DNA of 64,000 nucleotides from Candidatus Nitrospinota bacterium M3_3B_026. GTDB lineage: Bacteria > Nitrospinota_A > UBA7883 > JBPRGF01. Within the stretch, counting starts at the first letter, position 1, and the number at the start of each line of letters is the position of its first letter. A program made the position numbers and the translations under genes. The notes below the pieces were generated by a model. That model worked only from the letters and a program-made list of their open reading frames with translations, was not told the origin of the DNA and did no database searches. Of this stretch, positions 48,001 to 57,551 are shown piece by piece. The stretch lies in NCBI GenBank assembly GCA_051418015.1, contig JBPRGF010000024.1, positions 32,001 to 96,000 on the forward strand, in the 5' to 3' direction.

Positions 48001-48346
48001 GCGGATAACGCGCCGGGGACAGCTTCCTCGAAGGGTCCAGGACCACGGAGAGGCGGAACTGCTCCTCGGCCTTGTCCAGGAATCCCCGGGCGAGGTGGAC
48101 CATCCCCAACATGAGATGGGCGGTGGCTTTCGTTTTGTCGTCGCCCGCCTGGGAGAGAGCCCGCTCCAGGGCGTCCGCGGCCTCGCTGTATTCGCCCTGC
48201 CTGTACATCTTCTCCGCGGCGGTCAGGGACTCGGCCACGCTCTGGGCGAAGGCCGGGAGGGCCAGGGCCAGGATGAGCAGGACGGCCGGGAGCAGCGCCG
48301 TGGCGAACGGTCCCGGCGGTTCGGCGTATAACCTTCTTTCAAGCAT
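45047..48346 (-). CDS. large exported TPR-PEGA-Ig-like-fibronectin type III repeat protein
   Basis: Signal peptide; TPR; PEGA (AEVHID..G..G.H.IRI.KQGY); about six FN3 repeats (W....E..V.GY.IYRS...YYY...A.N). Confidence 0.85.
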   Translation of the reverse strand: MLERRLYAEPPGPFATALLPAVLLILALALPAFAQSVAESLTAAEKMYRQGEYSEAADALERALSQAGDDKTKATAHLMLGMVHLARGFLDKAEEQFRLSVVLDPSRKLSPARYPPNAVKLHEQARARNLGSVIVQSSQPEAEVHIDNRLIGITGAEPVELDEIPVGRHSIRIVKQGYRPLERDISIGPSERSDFYAELEELDETPAVIDHKPVEEGKEGSSIRVKARVTDNKRVEEVTLNYRAPGAGKYEKAPMEQISRGIYEGVIPRDRVTVEGIQYFITAKDFGGSITYDGRPDSPFDVRVAELDKDAPNIFHDPITASSDATKLMIRAKVKDNKTLARVGIYYKRGEDDDYLQEEMKDTSGRGDFESPIPEVFMSSETLNYYIEAADESGNTRYSGRADSPHVIKIFRVLPFKDGYVVERKKEDDGDWTRTVTVNVGTMKGAEKGQVYTVFDASERVVDPETGMVLAINQKLTGKIRITAPGPASSQARIIKEQGRYSVQKGNMIRLRPSPPTGVGGYSDKFRENTVTWNMSPEPEVKGYILYRSESPGGPFEKVEKLTDRDDVEHVDDGSYRNKLEDGKKYYYRIVAYNDDGVKSDPSKVGYVITKGGPNPPTRLAARSGQIRRIPLKWSASDDEETSGYKIFRGETRDGAYSEIADIRDRTTAEYVDKGGSEPGRELEDGKVFWYKMISYNKAGKYGNETEPVSAATRQKPASPAGFGVVSASVRSISLSWDMHPDGDVEKYRIYRSGAPRGPFEMIKEIADRSVTEYTDEDKTGATIKDGQKYYYKLTAVNVGGAESEPTAPVSGATFGPPAGPEDVRATSGLVKQAVVSWTPSTDPEVAGYIIYRGKTPDSLEKIKKISDPSASRYKDTGSWLERLEDGKVYYYAVRAFNSVDVESLDPKIVQALTKPVPSAPTGLSGTQGEAGRTTLTWKSNPEPDIKSYRILRSASPTSGFATIASSRAAVYEDTGLKNGQTYYYRVQAVDEDDLVSEESQTTSVGTKPLPGAPAGLEAVAGFDSVTLAWEPNPEPDIERYIVYSAGFFGKQKIGESGVPSFKVEGLKPDSSYTYVVTAVDSDGLMSEPSPPVNVKTLK

Positions 48347-48472
48347 AGATGGCGGTCTGCGGCTAGCGGGATTTCATTATAGAGAAGAAAGATTATTTCA
48401 ATGTGTTTTCTCTTTCAAGCTTAAAGTGCCGATCAGCCGAAAAAAACCGGCGAGGCGGGGGTGGACTGCCCG

Positions 48473-50695
48473 TCACGGGATTTCTATCCTGCTGGTAACC
48501 CCCTCCTCGATCATCACCTTGCGCTTGTAGTCGGGCCGTCCTTCTCTTTTCACCACCAGCCTGTGCGCCCCGGCCGGGATGTCCCCCGCTTCAAGGGGCG
48601 TCTTGCCGTGAAGCCTGCCATCTATGAAGACCATGCCGGGTGTTCTGGAGATCACCTTGAGGGCGCCGACGCCAGCCTTCGCCCTCTTCGCCTCCATCTC
48701 GGTGAACGTGTGGGAGATTTTGAGCCTTTTGTCCTCTTCAACCACGTAGGTCTCGACGAAGGGTTTGAACCCTGGGTTTATCAGCCTCACCTCCACCTGC
48801 CCTTCCCTGACCTCCCTTTCCAGGGTGGGAGGCGTGACCCCCACCTTTTCCCCGTTGAAATAGACATCCGCCCAGGGAGTGGCGGTCACCGTGATGAGGC
48901 CGCGGCCTATCTTTTCAAGAACCGCTTTCACTTCCGCCTGCCCTCCCGCTCCGATCGTGACCTTGCCATGGTATGGCCTGTAGCCTTCCGCCTTAACGGC
49001 GATCGCCCGCTCGCCCTGCGGCGCCTTCCATGTGGAGGGCGCCGCGCCAAGCCTCCGGCCGTCCAGGAACACCTCGGCCCCCGGCGGCTCGGAGACGACG
49101 GAGAGCGAGCCGGTGGTGATCTTTTTCAGCTTGATGTCCAGGGTGGCGCCCTCCGTCTCGGACATCCTGAAACTTCTGGTCACGTCCTCGTATCCCTTCA
49201 TGGCGGCCTTCAGCCTGTGCTCGCCGGGGGAGAGACCGGCAAGGAGAAGCGGCGCGGCCCCCTTTTTCTTTTTGTCTATCCATATCACGCCGCCTCCCGG
49301 CCTGGTGTAGACCTTGAGCGTTCCGGGGGCCAGGGCGGGTTTCGCGGATATCTCGATGGGGCCGTCTTCCTTGACGGTCACCTCCCGCGTCCAGGGCGAG
49401 TAGCCCTCGGCCCGCACCTCCACCATGTGTTCTCCCGGCGCCAGGGAGGCCTCCATCTCGCCCGGCGCGGCCCCTGCCTTCTCGCCGTCAATGTATGTCT
49501 CGCCCTTGACCGGTGATTTCACCTTGAGCGTTATGCCCACCGGTTCGGGAGCGGTCGCTGGAGCCGGTTCTGTGGGTTTCTGGGCCTTTCCCACGGCGGT
49601 TTCCTTCACTTCCGGGGTTTCCGGCTCCGGGATTTCGGGCGCGGCGGCGCTCCAGGGCTCGGCGGGAGGCTCGACCGTCAGACGGCCATAATAATAGTAC
49701 CCGGCGCCGGCCGCCATGACGAGAAACAGGAGGAACAGCGCGGTGGCCGTGGAGCCCCGTCTCGCCGCTGGCTTTGAAGGCTCCTCCAGCTCCTTCGTGA
49801 TGTCGTTCCTGTCGAAGTCCACGGTCATGACCGCGTCCGAGTCTGTGAGGCCGAGGAACCCGCCGCCTGCGGAGAGTTTCCTGATGTCCTCCACCAGTTC
49901 GCGGCCGGACTGGTAGCGTTCGTCGGGGCTCTTGGCCATCATCTTCCCTATGATCGCGTCCACCGCCGGGGGGACTCCGGGGGCGACGCTGCTCGGAGGC
50001 GGGGGTTGGTCCTTGATGATCTTGTAGATGATGCTGGTCAGGGACTCTCCCTCGAAGGGCCGTCTGCCCGTCACCATCTCGTAGAACATCACGCCGAGGC
50101 TGAAGATGTCCGACCGCCCGTCCACGGGCAGGCCCTGCACCTGCTCCGGGGACATGTAGGAGGGCGACCCGACGGCGTGGCCGGTCTGCGTGACGGAGCC
50201 CGCCGAGGCCAGCCGCGCAAGGCCGAAGTCGGTGATCTTCACCCTGTCCCCGTCCTGCAGGAGGATGTTGCCGGGCTTGATGTCCCTGTGCACGATCCCG
50301 CGCTCGTGGGCGAAGGCCAGGCCGTCGGCTATCTGCTCCACGATGGGCGAGGCCCGCTCCACCGGCATCGGGCCGGTTTCAGCGAGGATGGCGGAAAGAT
50401 CCAGTCCCTCTATATATTCCATGGCGAGGAAGCTTTTGCTCTCCTCCTCGCCGATGTCGTAGATGGTGATGATGTTGGGGTGGGCGAGCTTGCCCGCGGC
50501 CCTGGCTTCTATGTAAAACCGCTCCAGCAGCTCCTTTTCGCGTGCGGTGTCGCCTATGTCGTCCAGCCTGATGATCTTGAGGGCCACCAGGCGGTCGATG
50601 CGGGGGTCTTTGCCTTTGAGCACTATGCCCATGCCGCCGCGTCCGAGCTCTTTTATTATCTCGTACCGTCCGAGTTTCCAGGACATCTCAAGCAA
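48473..50695 (-). CDS. transmembrane Ser/Thr protein kinase with extracytoplasmic PEGA repeats
   Basis: LGRGGMG, VALK, HRDIKPGN, DFG, YMSPEQ, single TM, four to five PEGA units. Confidence 0.95.
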   Translation of the reverse strand: MLEMSWKLGRYEIIKELGRGGMGIVLKGKDPRIDRLVALKIIRLDDIGDTAREKELLERFYIEARAAGKLAHPNIITIYDIGEEESKSFLAMEYIEGLDLSAILAETGPMPVERASPIVEQIADGLAFAHERGIVHRDIKPGNILLQDGDRVKITDFGLARLASAGSVTQTGHAVGSPSYMSPEQVQGLPVDGRSDIFSLGVMFYEMVTGRRPFEGESLTSIIYKIIKDQPPPPSSVAPGVPPAVDAIIGKMMAKSPDERYQSGRELVEDIRKLSAGGGFLGLTDSDAVMTVDFDRNDITKELEEPSKPAARRGSTATALFLLFLVMAAGAGYYYYGRLTVEPPAEPWSAAAPEIPEPETPEVKETAVGKAQKPTEPAPATAPEPVGITLKVKSPVKGETYIDGEKAGAAPGEMEASLAPGEHMVEVRAEGYSPWTREVTVKEDGPIEISAKPALAPGTLKVYTRPGGGVIWIDKKKKGAAPLLLAGLSPGEHRLKAAMKGYEDVTRSFRMSETEGATLDIKLKKITTGSLSVVSEPPGAEVFLDGRRLGAAPSTWKAPQGERAIAVKAEGYRPYHGKVTIGAGGQAEVKAVLEKIGRGLITVTATPWADVYFNGEKVGVTPPTLEREVREGQVEVRLINPGFKPFVETYVVEEDKRLKISHTFTEMEAKRAKAGVGALKVISRTPGMVFIDGRLHGKTPLEAGDIPAGAHRLVVKREGRPDYKRKVMIEEGVTSRIEIP

Positions 50696-50944
50696 CCGGT
50701 CGCCGTTTTCCAGGATAGAGCCTTTTTACAAGGCGCGCGCGTCAGTCAATGAAAGGGTTTGTCAATGAGTCTTTGCGTACTGCCGCCCTACAGAGTATAT
50801 GCCATCCGGGCCGCGTGTGTCCACGGCTCCATTCCCGGTCCAGGTCATGGCGCGAGGCGCCGGTCTTCGCCGGATTTGTTTGCAAACTTGGGGCGAGCGC
50901 AAGTAAAATATCCAATTCTTTTCAGCCTGATCCTATCGAGAGTA

Positions 50945-51991
50945 ATGCGCTACGAAAACGTATGCCTGGCGGCGGCGGCCTGCGAGTTGCCCCCGAACGT
51001 CGTGACATCGGAGAGTATCGAAAAGAGGCTCGGCCCGCTCTACGACAAGCTGGGCCTGAGAGAGGGGAGGCTCGAGCTGATGACCGGCATCCGCGAGCGC
51101 CGGTTCTGGGACAACGGCCAGACGCCGGGCGCCGTCGCCGTGAAGGCGGGCCGGAAGGCGCTGGCCGCCGCGAAAATCCCGCCGGAGGAGCTGGGCGCCC
51201 TGTTCCATGCCTCCGTGTGCAGGGATTTCATGGAGCCCGCCACGGCGTGCGGGGAGCATCGCGCCCTGGGCCTGCCGGAGAACACGCTGATATTCGACGT
51301 CTCCAACGCCTGCCTCGGCGTCCTGGATGCGATGGTGACGCTGGCGAACATGATAGAGCTGGGCCAGGCGAGGGCGGGGATCATTCTGGCCGGGGAGACG
51401 GGGGAGGCGCTCGTAAACGGCGCCATCGAGGCCCTGCTTGCCGACAAGAACGCTACTCGGCAGAGCATAAAACCGGCGTTCGCCTCCCTTACCATCGGGT
51501 CCGGCGCGGCGGCGGTGGTCCTGGCCCATAAGGACCTGAGCCCCTCCGGCCACAGGCTGGCTGGCGGCGTCTTCCGTTGCGACACGGAAAACGCCGACCT
51601 TTGCGTTGGCGGCGCCGGCGCGGGTTTCGGGATGAGCGCGTCCCCCTCCATGGAGACCGATTCCGAGGAGCTTCTGAAGGCCGGCTGCGCCCTGGCGAAG
51701 GAAACCTGGGGCGATTTCAAGGCGGAGCTTGGCTGGACGGAGGAGAGCGTTGACAGGAGCTTCACCCACCAGGTCGGCTCCGCCCACCGCAGGCTCTTGT
51801 ACGAGAGCATAGGAGTGGACCCGGCGAGGGATTTCTCGACGGTGGAGTTCCTTGGCAACATGGGCTCTGTCTCGCTTCCGGCGACGCTTGCTATGGGCGC
51901 CGAAAGAGGCCTCGTGAAAAAGGGGGGCAAGGTGGCCCTCCTCGGGATAGGCTCCGGGCTCAACTGCCTGATGCTGGGGCTTGAGTGGTAG
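50945..51991 (+). CDS. oleA: OleA, acyl-CoA:acyl-CoA alkyltransferase (thiolase/FabH-like)
   Basis: TGIRERRFW, RDFMEPATA (Glu), SNACLG (Cys), THQ (His), GIGSGLNC. Confidence 0.92.
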   Translation: MRYENVCLAAAACELPPNVVTSESIEKRLGPLYDKLGLREGRLELMTGIRERRFWDNGQTPGAVAVKAGRKALAAAKIPPEELGALFHASVCRDFMEPATACGEHRALGLPENTLIFDVSNACLGVLDAMVTLANMIELGQARAGIILAGETGEALVNGAIEALLADKNATRQSIKPAFASLTIGSGAAAVVLAHKDLSPSGHRLAGGVFRCDTENADLCVGGAGAGFGMSASPSMETDSEELLKAGCALAKETWGDFKAELGWTEESVDRSFTHQVGSAHRRLLYESIGVDPARDFSTVEFLGNMGSVSLPATLAMGAERGLVKKGGKVALLGIGSGLNCLMLGLEW

Positions 51992-52009
51992 CCCGGGCGT
52001 TTGAAAGCC

Positions 52010-52909
52010 ATGGCGTATGACCTCGGCCCGATCAGGGATGAATATCCTTTCGAGCCGAAAACTTTTGACATCGGCGGCCTCGGCCTGAGCTACCTCGACG
52101 AGGGCCCCCGCGGCGCCCCGGCGGTGGTCATGCTCCACGGCAACCCGACGTGGTCGTTCTACTACCGCAGGCTCATCCTCGCGCTGCGGAGCGGCTACAG
52201 GGTCATCGCGCCGGACCACATGGGGATGGGCCTTTCCGCCAGGCCGGAGGATTATGACTATACGCTGGCCGTTCACATAGCGAACCTGGAGAGGCTGCTG
52301 GATCATCTCTCCCCCGGCCCGTTCACCCTGGCCATGCACGACTGGGGGGGGGCTATAGGGATGGGCGTGGCGGCGCGGCGCCCGGAGGCGATAAAGTCCC
52401 TGGTCATCTTCAACACCGCCGCCTTTTTCGGAAAAGTCCCCTGGAGGATAAGGGCCTGCCGCGCGCCGGTGTTCGGCGACCTTGCCGTGCGGGGGCTGAA
52501 CGCCTTCGCCCGCTCGGCCATAACGCTGAGGATGGCCACGGCGAAGCCGGAGCGTTTCAGAGGGCAGGTTAAACGGGGCTACCTTCTGCCCTACGACTCG
52601 TGGAAGAACAGGGTGGGGATAATGGGATTCGTCAGGGACATACCCTTGCGCCCGTCCGACCGCTCCTGGCCACTGGTGGAGTCGATCCGGGGCGGGCTCG
52701 AAAAATTCAAGGACACTCCGGCGCTGCTGTTGTGGGGCATGAGGGATTTTTGTTTCACCGAGGAGTTTTTGAGGCAGTGGCTGGCGAGGCTCAAAAACAC
52801 CGAGGCGCACATGTTCGACGACGCGGGGCATTACGTGGTGGAGGACGCGGGCGAGAGGATAGAGCCGATCCTCGAGCGATTCATGGAAAGGGTTCATGGC
52901 GGCGGCTGA
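52010..52909 (+). CDS. oleB: OleB, beta-lactone decarboxylase (haloalkane dehalogenase-like)
   Basis: HGNPTWSFYYR, APDHMGMGLS, HDWGG, FVRDIP, WGMRDFCF, AGHYVVED. Confidence 0.9.
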   Translation: MAYDLGPIRDEYPFEPKTFDIGGLGLSYLDEGPRGAPAVVMLHGNPTWSFYYRRLILALRSGYRVIAPDHMGMGLSARPEDYDYTLAVHIANLERLLDHLSPGPFTLAMHDWGGAIGMGVAARRPEAIKSLVIFNTAAFFGKVPWRIRACRAPVFGDLAVRGLNAFARSAITLRMATAKPERFRGQVKRGYLLPYDSWKNRVGIMGFVRDIPLRPSDRSWPLVESIRGGLEKFKDTPALLLWGMRDFCFTEEFLRQWLARLKNTEAHMFDDAGHYVVEDAGERIEPILERFMERVHGGG

Positions 52910-54569
52910 GGATGTTTTCAACATAGCCTCACGTCTTATCGAGGCGTCCGCGCGATGGCCAGACAGGGTGGCGGTCCATTACCCCTCCGGGAAGGGCGTG
53001 GGGGGGAAGACGCTGTACAAGACCTGGACTTTCCGCGGCCTCGACGAGGAGAGCGCCCGGCTTGCTGCGGGGCTCGAAAGCATAGGCGTTACGCGGGGCG
53101 TGAAGACGCTGCTGATGGTCCCGCCGGGGTTTGATTTCCTGGCGCTGGTGTTTGCGCTGTTCAGGGCAGGAGCCCCGCCGGTTCTCATCGATCCGGGAAT
53201 GGGGAAGAAAAATCTTTTGAGTTGTGTGGCGAAAGCGGCGCCGGAGGCGATGATCGCCGTCCCGCGGGCCCATCTGGCGCGGATTCTTTATCCGCGTTAT
53301 TTCCGGTCGGTGAAAACACAGGTTACGGCCGGGCGCCGGTGGCTCTGGGGCGGGGCGTCGCTCGAGGATGTCAAAGAGCGGGGGAGGGGGGCAGGATTCG
53401 ATATCACGAAAACATCGCCGGATGAGATGGCGGCGATACTTTTCACAACCGGCTCCACGGGCCCGCCCAAGGGCGTTGTCTATACGCACGGGATATTCGA
53501 CGCGCAGGTGAGGTTGATCCACGAGTATTACGGGATAGGCGAGGACGACGTGGATTTTCCAGTCTTCCCGCCGTTCGCCCTTTTCTCCGTCGTCCTGGGC
53601 GCGTCCGTCGTCATCCCGGATATGGATCCCACGAAACCCGCCGAGGCCGATCCCGCGAGGGTCGCGGAGCAGATAAACGACAAAGGCGCGACTTTCTCCT
53701 TCGGCTCCCCGGCCTTGTGGAAGAACGTCAGCGCCTATTGTCACGAGCGCGGCGAGAGGCTGCCAACCCTCAGAAAAGTTCTGATGGCCGGAGCGCCGGT
53801 CCCGGAGGTGATCCACAGGAGGCTCCTCGACGGCGGGATACTCCCCCCCGGAGCCGAGACGCGGACGCCTTTCGGCGCGACGGAGGCGCTGCCCGTCCTG
53901 GACATTTCCGGCAGGGAGATACTCGACGAGACGGCGGCCAGGGCCAGGGAGGGCTGGGGGGTTTGCGTGGGGCGGCCCCTGCCGGGAATGAGGGTGGAGA
54001 TAATAAAGATAACCGACGAGCCGGTACCGGAGTGGGACGACAAGCTGCTTGCTCCCGAGGGCGAGGCGGGGGAGATAGCCGTCTCCGGGCCGGTGGTGAC
54101 GAGGGAGTATTACGGGCGCCCGGAGATGACGAGGCTTGCGAAGATCGTGGACCGCGCGACCGGCGCCGTCCGCCACCGGATGGGCGACATCGGCCGCGTC
54201 GACGAAAAGGGCAGGGTCTGGTTCATGGGCAGGAAGGGCCACCGGGTCAGGACGGCTGAAGGGACGATGTTCACCGTTCCGTGCGAGTCCGTCATCAACC
54301 GTCATCCGGACGTGGCGCGGTCGGCCCTCGTGGGAGTGGGGGAGCCGCCCGGCCAGACGCCGGTCATGATCGTGGAGGTGGAGAAGGGCAGGCGCGCGGA
54401 CAGGGAGGCGCTGGTGGAGGAGCTTAGGATATTCGCCGAGTCGAGCCCGCTGACGGAGTCCATAACAACGTTCCTGGTACATCCCCGCTTTCCCGTGGAC
54501 GTCCGGCACAACGCCAAGATTTTTCGGGAGAAGCTCGCCGCCTGGGCTGAGGGGAGGCTTTCGCGGTGA
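52896..54569 (+). CDS. oleC: OleC, beta-lactone synthetase (AMP-dependent ligase)
   Basis: LIDPGMG, FTTGSTGPPKG, TPFGATE, HRMGD, FPVDVRHNAKI. Confidence 0.92.
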   Translation: MAAAEDVFNIASRLIEASARWPDRVAVHYPSGKGVGGKTLYKTWTFRGLDEESARLAAGLESIGVTRGVKTLLMVPPGFDFLALVFALFRAGAPPVLIDPGMGKKNLLSCVAKAAPEAMIAVPRAHLARILYPRYFRSVKTQVTAGRRWLWGGASLEDVKERGRGAGFDITKTSPDEMAAILFTTGSTGPPKGVVYTHGIFDAQVRLIHEYYGIGEDDVDFPVFPPFALFSVVLGASVVIPDMDPTKPAEADPARVAEQINDKGATFSFGSPALWKNVSAYCHERGERLPTLRKVLMAGAPVPEVIHRRLLDGGILPPGAETRTPFGATEALPVLDISGREILDETAARAREGWGVCVGRPLPGMRVEIIKITDEPVPEWDDKLLAPEGEAGEIAVSGPVVTREYYGRPEMTRLAKIVDRATGAVRHRMGDIGRVDEKGRVWFMGRKGHRVRTAEGTMFTVPCESVINRHPDVARSALVGVGEPPGQTPVMIVEVEKGRRADREALVEELRIFAESSPLTESITTFLVHPRFPVDVRHNAKIFREKLAAWAEGRLSR

Positions 54570-55573
54570 AGGCGCTGGTAACGGGCGGCGGTGGTTTTCT
54601 CGGCCGCTATATCGTGGAGAAGCTGATCGCCCGCGGGGACAAGGTGAAAAGCTTCGGCCGGGGGGATTATCCTGAGCTTCGCGCCATCAGGGCCGAGACG
54701 ATTCAGGGCGATATCACCGTCCCCGCCGCCGTGGCGCGCGCGGTGGAGGGGATGGACGCGGTCATCCATGCGGCGGCGAGGGTGGGGGTATGGGGCTCCG
54801 CGAAGGAGTTTTACGACATGAACGTCATCGGGACGAGAAACGTCATAAACGCTTGCGTGAAGGAGGGCGTCGGGAAACTTGTTTTTATAAGTTCGCCGAG
54901 CGTCGTCTTCGACGGCCGCGGCCACGAGGGGATAGACGAAACCCATCCATACCCGGAAAAATACCTCGCCCACTATCCGCGGACGAAGGCGATTGCCGAG
55001 CGCGAAGTCCTGGCCGCCAATGGCGGGGAGGGGCTCCTGACCTGCGCCATAAGGCCGCATCTTGTCTGGGGTCCGCGGGATACGAACCTTGTGCCGCGGC
55101 TTCTGGAAAGGGCGCGGGAGGGCAAGCTCCGGATCGTCGGGGACGGCGGCAACCTCGTGGACACCGTCTACGTGGAGAACGCCGCCGACGCGGCCATCCT
55201 GGCGGCCGATCGTCTCGCCGAGGGCTCCCCCGTCCCAGGATCGGCCTATTTCATAACCCAGGGCGAGCCCGTGAAGCTGTGGGATTTCGTCAACGAGATA
55301 CTACAGAGGCTGGGGGCGCCGCCCGTGACCAGGAGGGTGTCGTTCGGGGCGGCCTATGCGTCTGGCGCGGCGATGGAGGGGATGTACAGGCTGTTCGGGA
55401 TAAACGAGGAGCCCGTCATGACTCGTTTTCTCGCGGCCCAGCTTGCCATGCCGCATCATTTCAGCATAGAGAAAGCCCGGCGGGAGCTAGGCTACGCTCC
55501 GGCTGTATCCACGGCGGAGGGGCTGGAAAGGCTCGCCGAGAGCATGGGCGCGGGCGGCCCGAAAGCTCCATGA
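54566..55573 (+). CDS. oleD: OleD, 2-alkyl-3-oxoalkanoate reductase (3-beta-HSD-like SDR)
   Basis: TGGGGFLG, SSPSVV, YPRTK, RPHLVWGPRD; position after oleC. Confidence 0.9.
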   Translation: MKALVTGGGGFLGRYIVEKLIARGDKVKSFGRGDYPELRAIRAETIQGDITVPAAVARAVEGMDAVIHAAARVGVWGSAKEFYDMNVIGTRNVINACVKEGVGKLVFISSPSVVFDGRGHEGIDETHPYPEKYLAHYPRTKAIAEREVLAANGGEGLLTCAIRPHLVWGPRDTNLVPRLLERAREGKLRIVGDGGNLVDTVYVENAADAAILAADRLAEGSPVPGSAYFITQGEPVKLWDFVNEILQRLGAPPVTRRVSFGAAYASGAAMEGMYRLFGINEEPVMTRFLAAQLAMPHHFSIEKARRELGYAPAVSTAEGLERLAESMGAGGPKAP

Positions 55574-55591
55574 CCTAAGCGGAGGTAAAAA

Positions 55592-55620
55592 TTGACATCA
55601 TCCCTGATTTAATTTATAAA
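55592..55620 (+). promoter_or_regulatory. sigma70-type promoter (TTGACA-N17-TATAAA) upstream of the sensor kinase operon
   Basis: Direct reading; AT-rich island. Confidence 0.55.
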
Positions 55621-55783
55621 ATTACCTCCATCTCCTGACGCCCTGTTTTTAAACTATCTCTGTGTGATGTGTTTTTTCTTGCGCGTCGGCGCGTTATCGG
55701 GTGATTTTATTTTCTCGCGCTGTTGGGGGATTTCAGCCGCGACTCTGTGATACGCTGATGATCCGCGCTCCGGGGGTGAGGCC

Positions 55784-57541
55784 ATGAAAGCTCTCAATTC
55801 CATGACATCGAGGCATATCCTCGCCCTCGGGCTGGTGGCCCTGCTCTCCATCGTTTCATACGCCGCCTTGAGGAGCGCCATAGACGAGCGCAAGACGGAC
55901 GCGGTGGTGATAAACACGAGCGGCCGTCAGCGCATGTTGAGCCTGAAAATCGCCTACCTTTCCGGCAGGCTCGCCTCGGATCGGGACGCTGGGGAGCGTG
56001 AGAAGCTGGCGGCCGAGCTTGAACAGGTCGTCCGCCTGATGAAAGGGGCGCGCCGCGGCCTCGTCGAGGGGGATCCATCCGTGGGCCTTCCGGGTCGCAT
56101 GTCGCCCGAGACCCTGTCGATGTATTTCGAGCCTCCATACAACGTGGACGGGAAGGTCCGCGCCTATCTCTCCCTGGCCGAGGACGTGCTGGAGCAAAGG
56201 AACTCCATAACACCCGATGATCCCCTGCTGAAGGAGATAGACTCCGCCGTACTTCCCCTCGTCAACGCGCTGGACGCCGTGACGGAGCGTTACGAGGAGG
56301 AGAGCGCGGCCAGGATCGAGAGGCTCGACGACATGGAGCGGATCGTCCTGGCCCTTACGCTCGTCACACTCGCCGCCATCGCGGTTTTCATATTCCGCCC
56401 GATGGTGAGAAGGGAGACGGAGAAGCTGTTGAAGTCGCAAAAGCAGCTTGCGGCGGTGCTGGAGATGGTCGGCGAGGGGGTGATAACCGCCGAAGCGGAC
56501 GGCAGGATCGCGGGGGTGAACAGGAAAGCGCTGGAGACATGGGGCTACGCCGAAGAGGAGCTTCTGGGCGAGAGCCTGACCGTCCTAATGCCGGAAAGAT
56601 ACCGCGCCCGGCACGAGGAGGGGATGAGAAGACACATGGAAACCGGGGAAAGGCGCATACTAGGGAAAACGGTGGAGCTTGCGGGCCTGAGGAAAAACGG
56701 TGAGGAGTTTCCCCTGGACCTTAACATCACCCAAACCACCGTGGAAGGGCGGACTCTTTTCATCGGCGCGGCGCGGGACATCACCGAACGCAAGGAGGCG
56801 GAGCGGGAGCTGGAGAAATACCGCCACCACCTCGAGGAGCTTGTGGAGGAGCGAGCCAACGAGCTAAACTCCGTGAACAGGGAGCTTGAGGCTTTCAGCT
56901 ACTCCGTGTCGCACGACCTGCGCGCCCCGTTGCGGGGGGTGGACGGGTTCAGCCAGGCGCTTCTCGAAGACTACGGGGACAGGATCGACGAACAGGGAAA
57001 GTTCTACCTTACCCGGGTGCGCGCGGGATGCCAGCGGATGGGGGAGCTGATAGACGGGTTGCTGAATCTCTCCCGCCTCACCCGCGGCGTGATGGAGCGG
57101 GAGGACGTGAATTTGAGCGAGATGGCCCATGCCGTCATCGACGATCTTAGAAGACACGACCCCGGCAGGGCCGTGGACGTGGTCATCGATGACGGCCTTG
57201 TCGCGAGCGGCGACAGGATACTCCTGCGCGCGGTCCTGGACAACCTGCTCAGCAACGCCTGGAAGTTCACCGAGGGCAGGGAGGGGGCGAGGATAGAGTT
57301 CGGCGCGGACCGCCTGGACGGGGAGACGGTCTACCACGTGCGGGACAACGGCGCGGGGTTCGACATGCGATACGCCGGCAAGCTCTTCGGAGCGTTCCAG
57401 CGCCTGCACGGCGCCAACGAGTACAGCGGCGCGGGAATAGGGCTGGCCACGGTCCAGCGGGTGATCCGCCGCCACGGCGGGCGCGTCTGGGGCGAGGGAG
57501 AGGTGGGGAAGGGATCCACGTTTTACTTTACCTTGAGTTGA
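55784..57541 (+). CDS. sensor histidine kinase: TM-PilJ/NarX-like sensor-TM-PAS-HisKA-HATPase
   Basis: INTSGRQRMLS P-box-like motif; FixL-like PAS LMPERYRARH; ELEAFSYSVSHDLRAPLR; NAWKF, DNGAGF, GIGLA. Confidence 0.92.
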   Translation: MKALNSMTSRHILALGLVALLSIVSYAALRSAIDERKTDAVVINTSGRQRMLSLKIAYLSGRLASDRDAGEREKLAAELEQVVRLMKGARRGLVEGDPSVGLPGRMSPETLSMYFEPPYNVDGKVRAYLSLAEDVLEQRNSITPDDPLLKEIDSAVLPLVNALDAVTERYEEESAARIERLDDMERIVLALTLVTLAAIAVFIFRPMVRRETEKLLKSQKQLAAVLEMVGEGVITAEADGRIAGVNRKALETWGYAEEELLGESLTVLMPERYRARHEEGMRRHMETGERRILGKTVELAGLRKNGEEFPLDLNITQTTVEGRTLFIGAARDITERKEAERELEKYRHHLEELVEERANELNSVNRELEAFSYSVSHDLRAPLRGVDGFSQALLEDYGDRIDEQGKFYLTRVRAGCQRMGELIDGLLNLSRLTRGVMEREDVNLSEMAHAVIDDLRRHDPGRAVDVVIDDGLVASGDRILLRAVLDNLLSNAWKFTEGREGARIEFGADRLDGETVYHVRDNGAGFDMRYAGKLFGAFQRLHGANEYSGAGIGLATVQRVIRRHGGRVWGEGEVGKGSTFYFTLS

Positions 57542-57551
57542 AGGAGAGATC

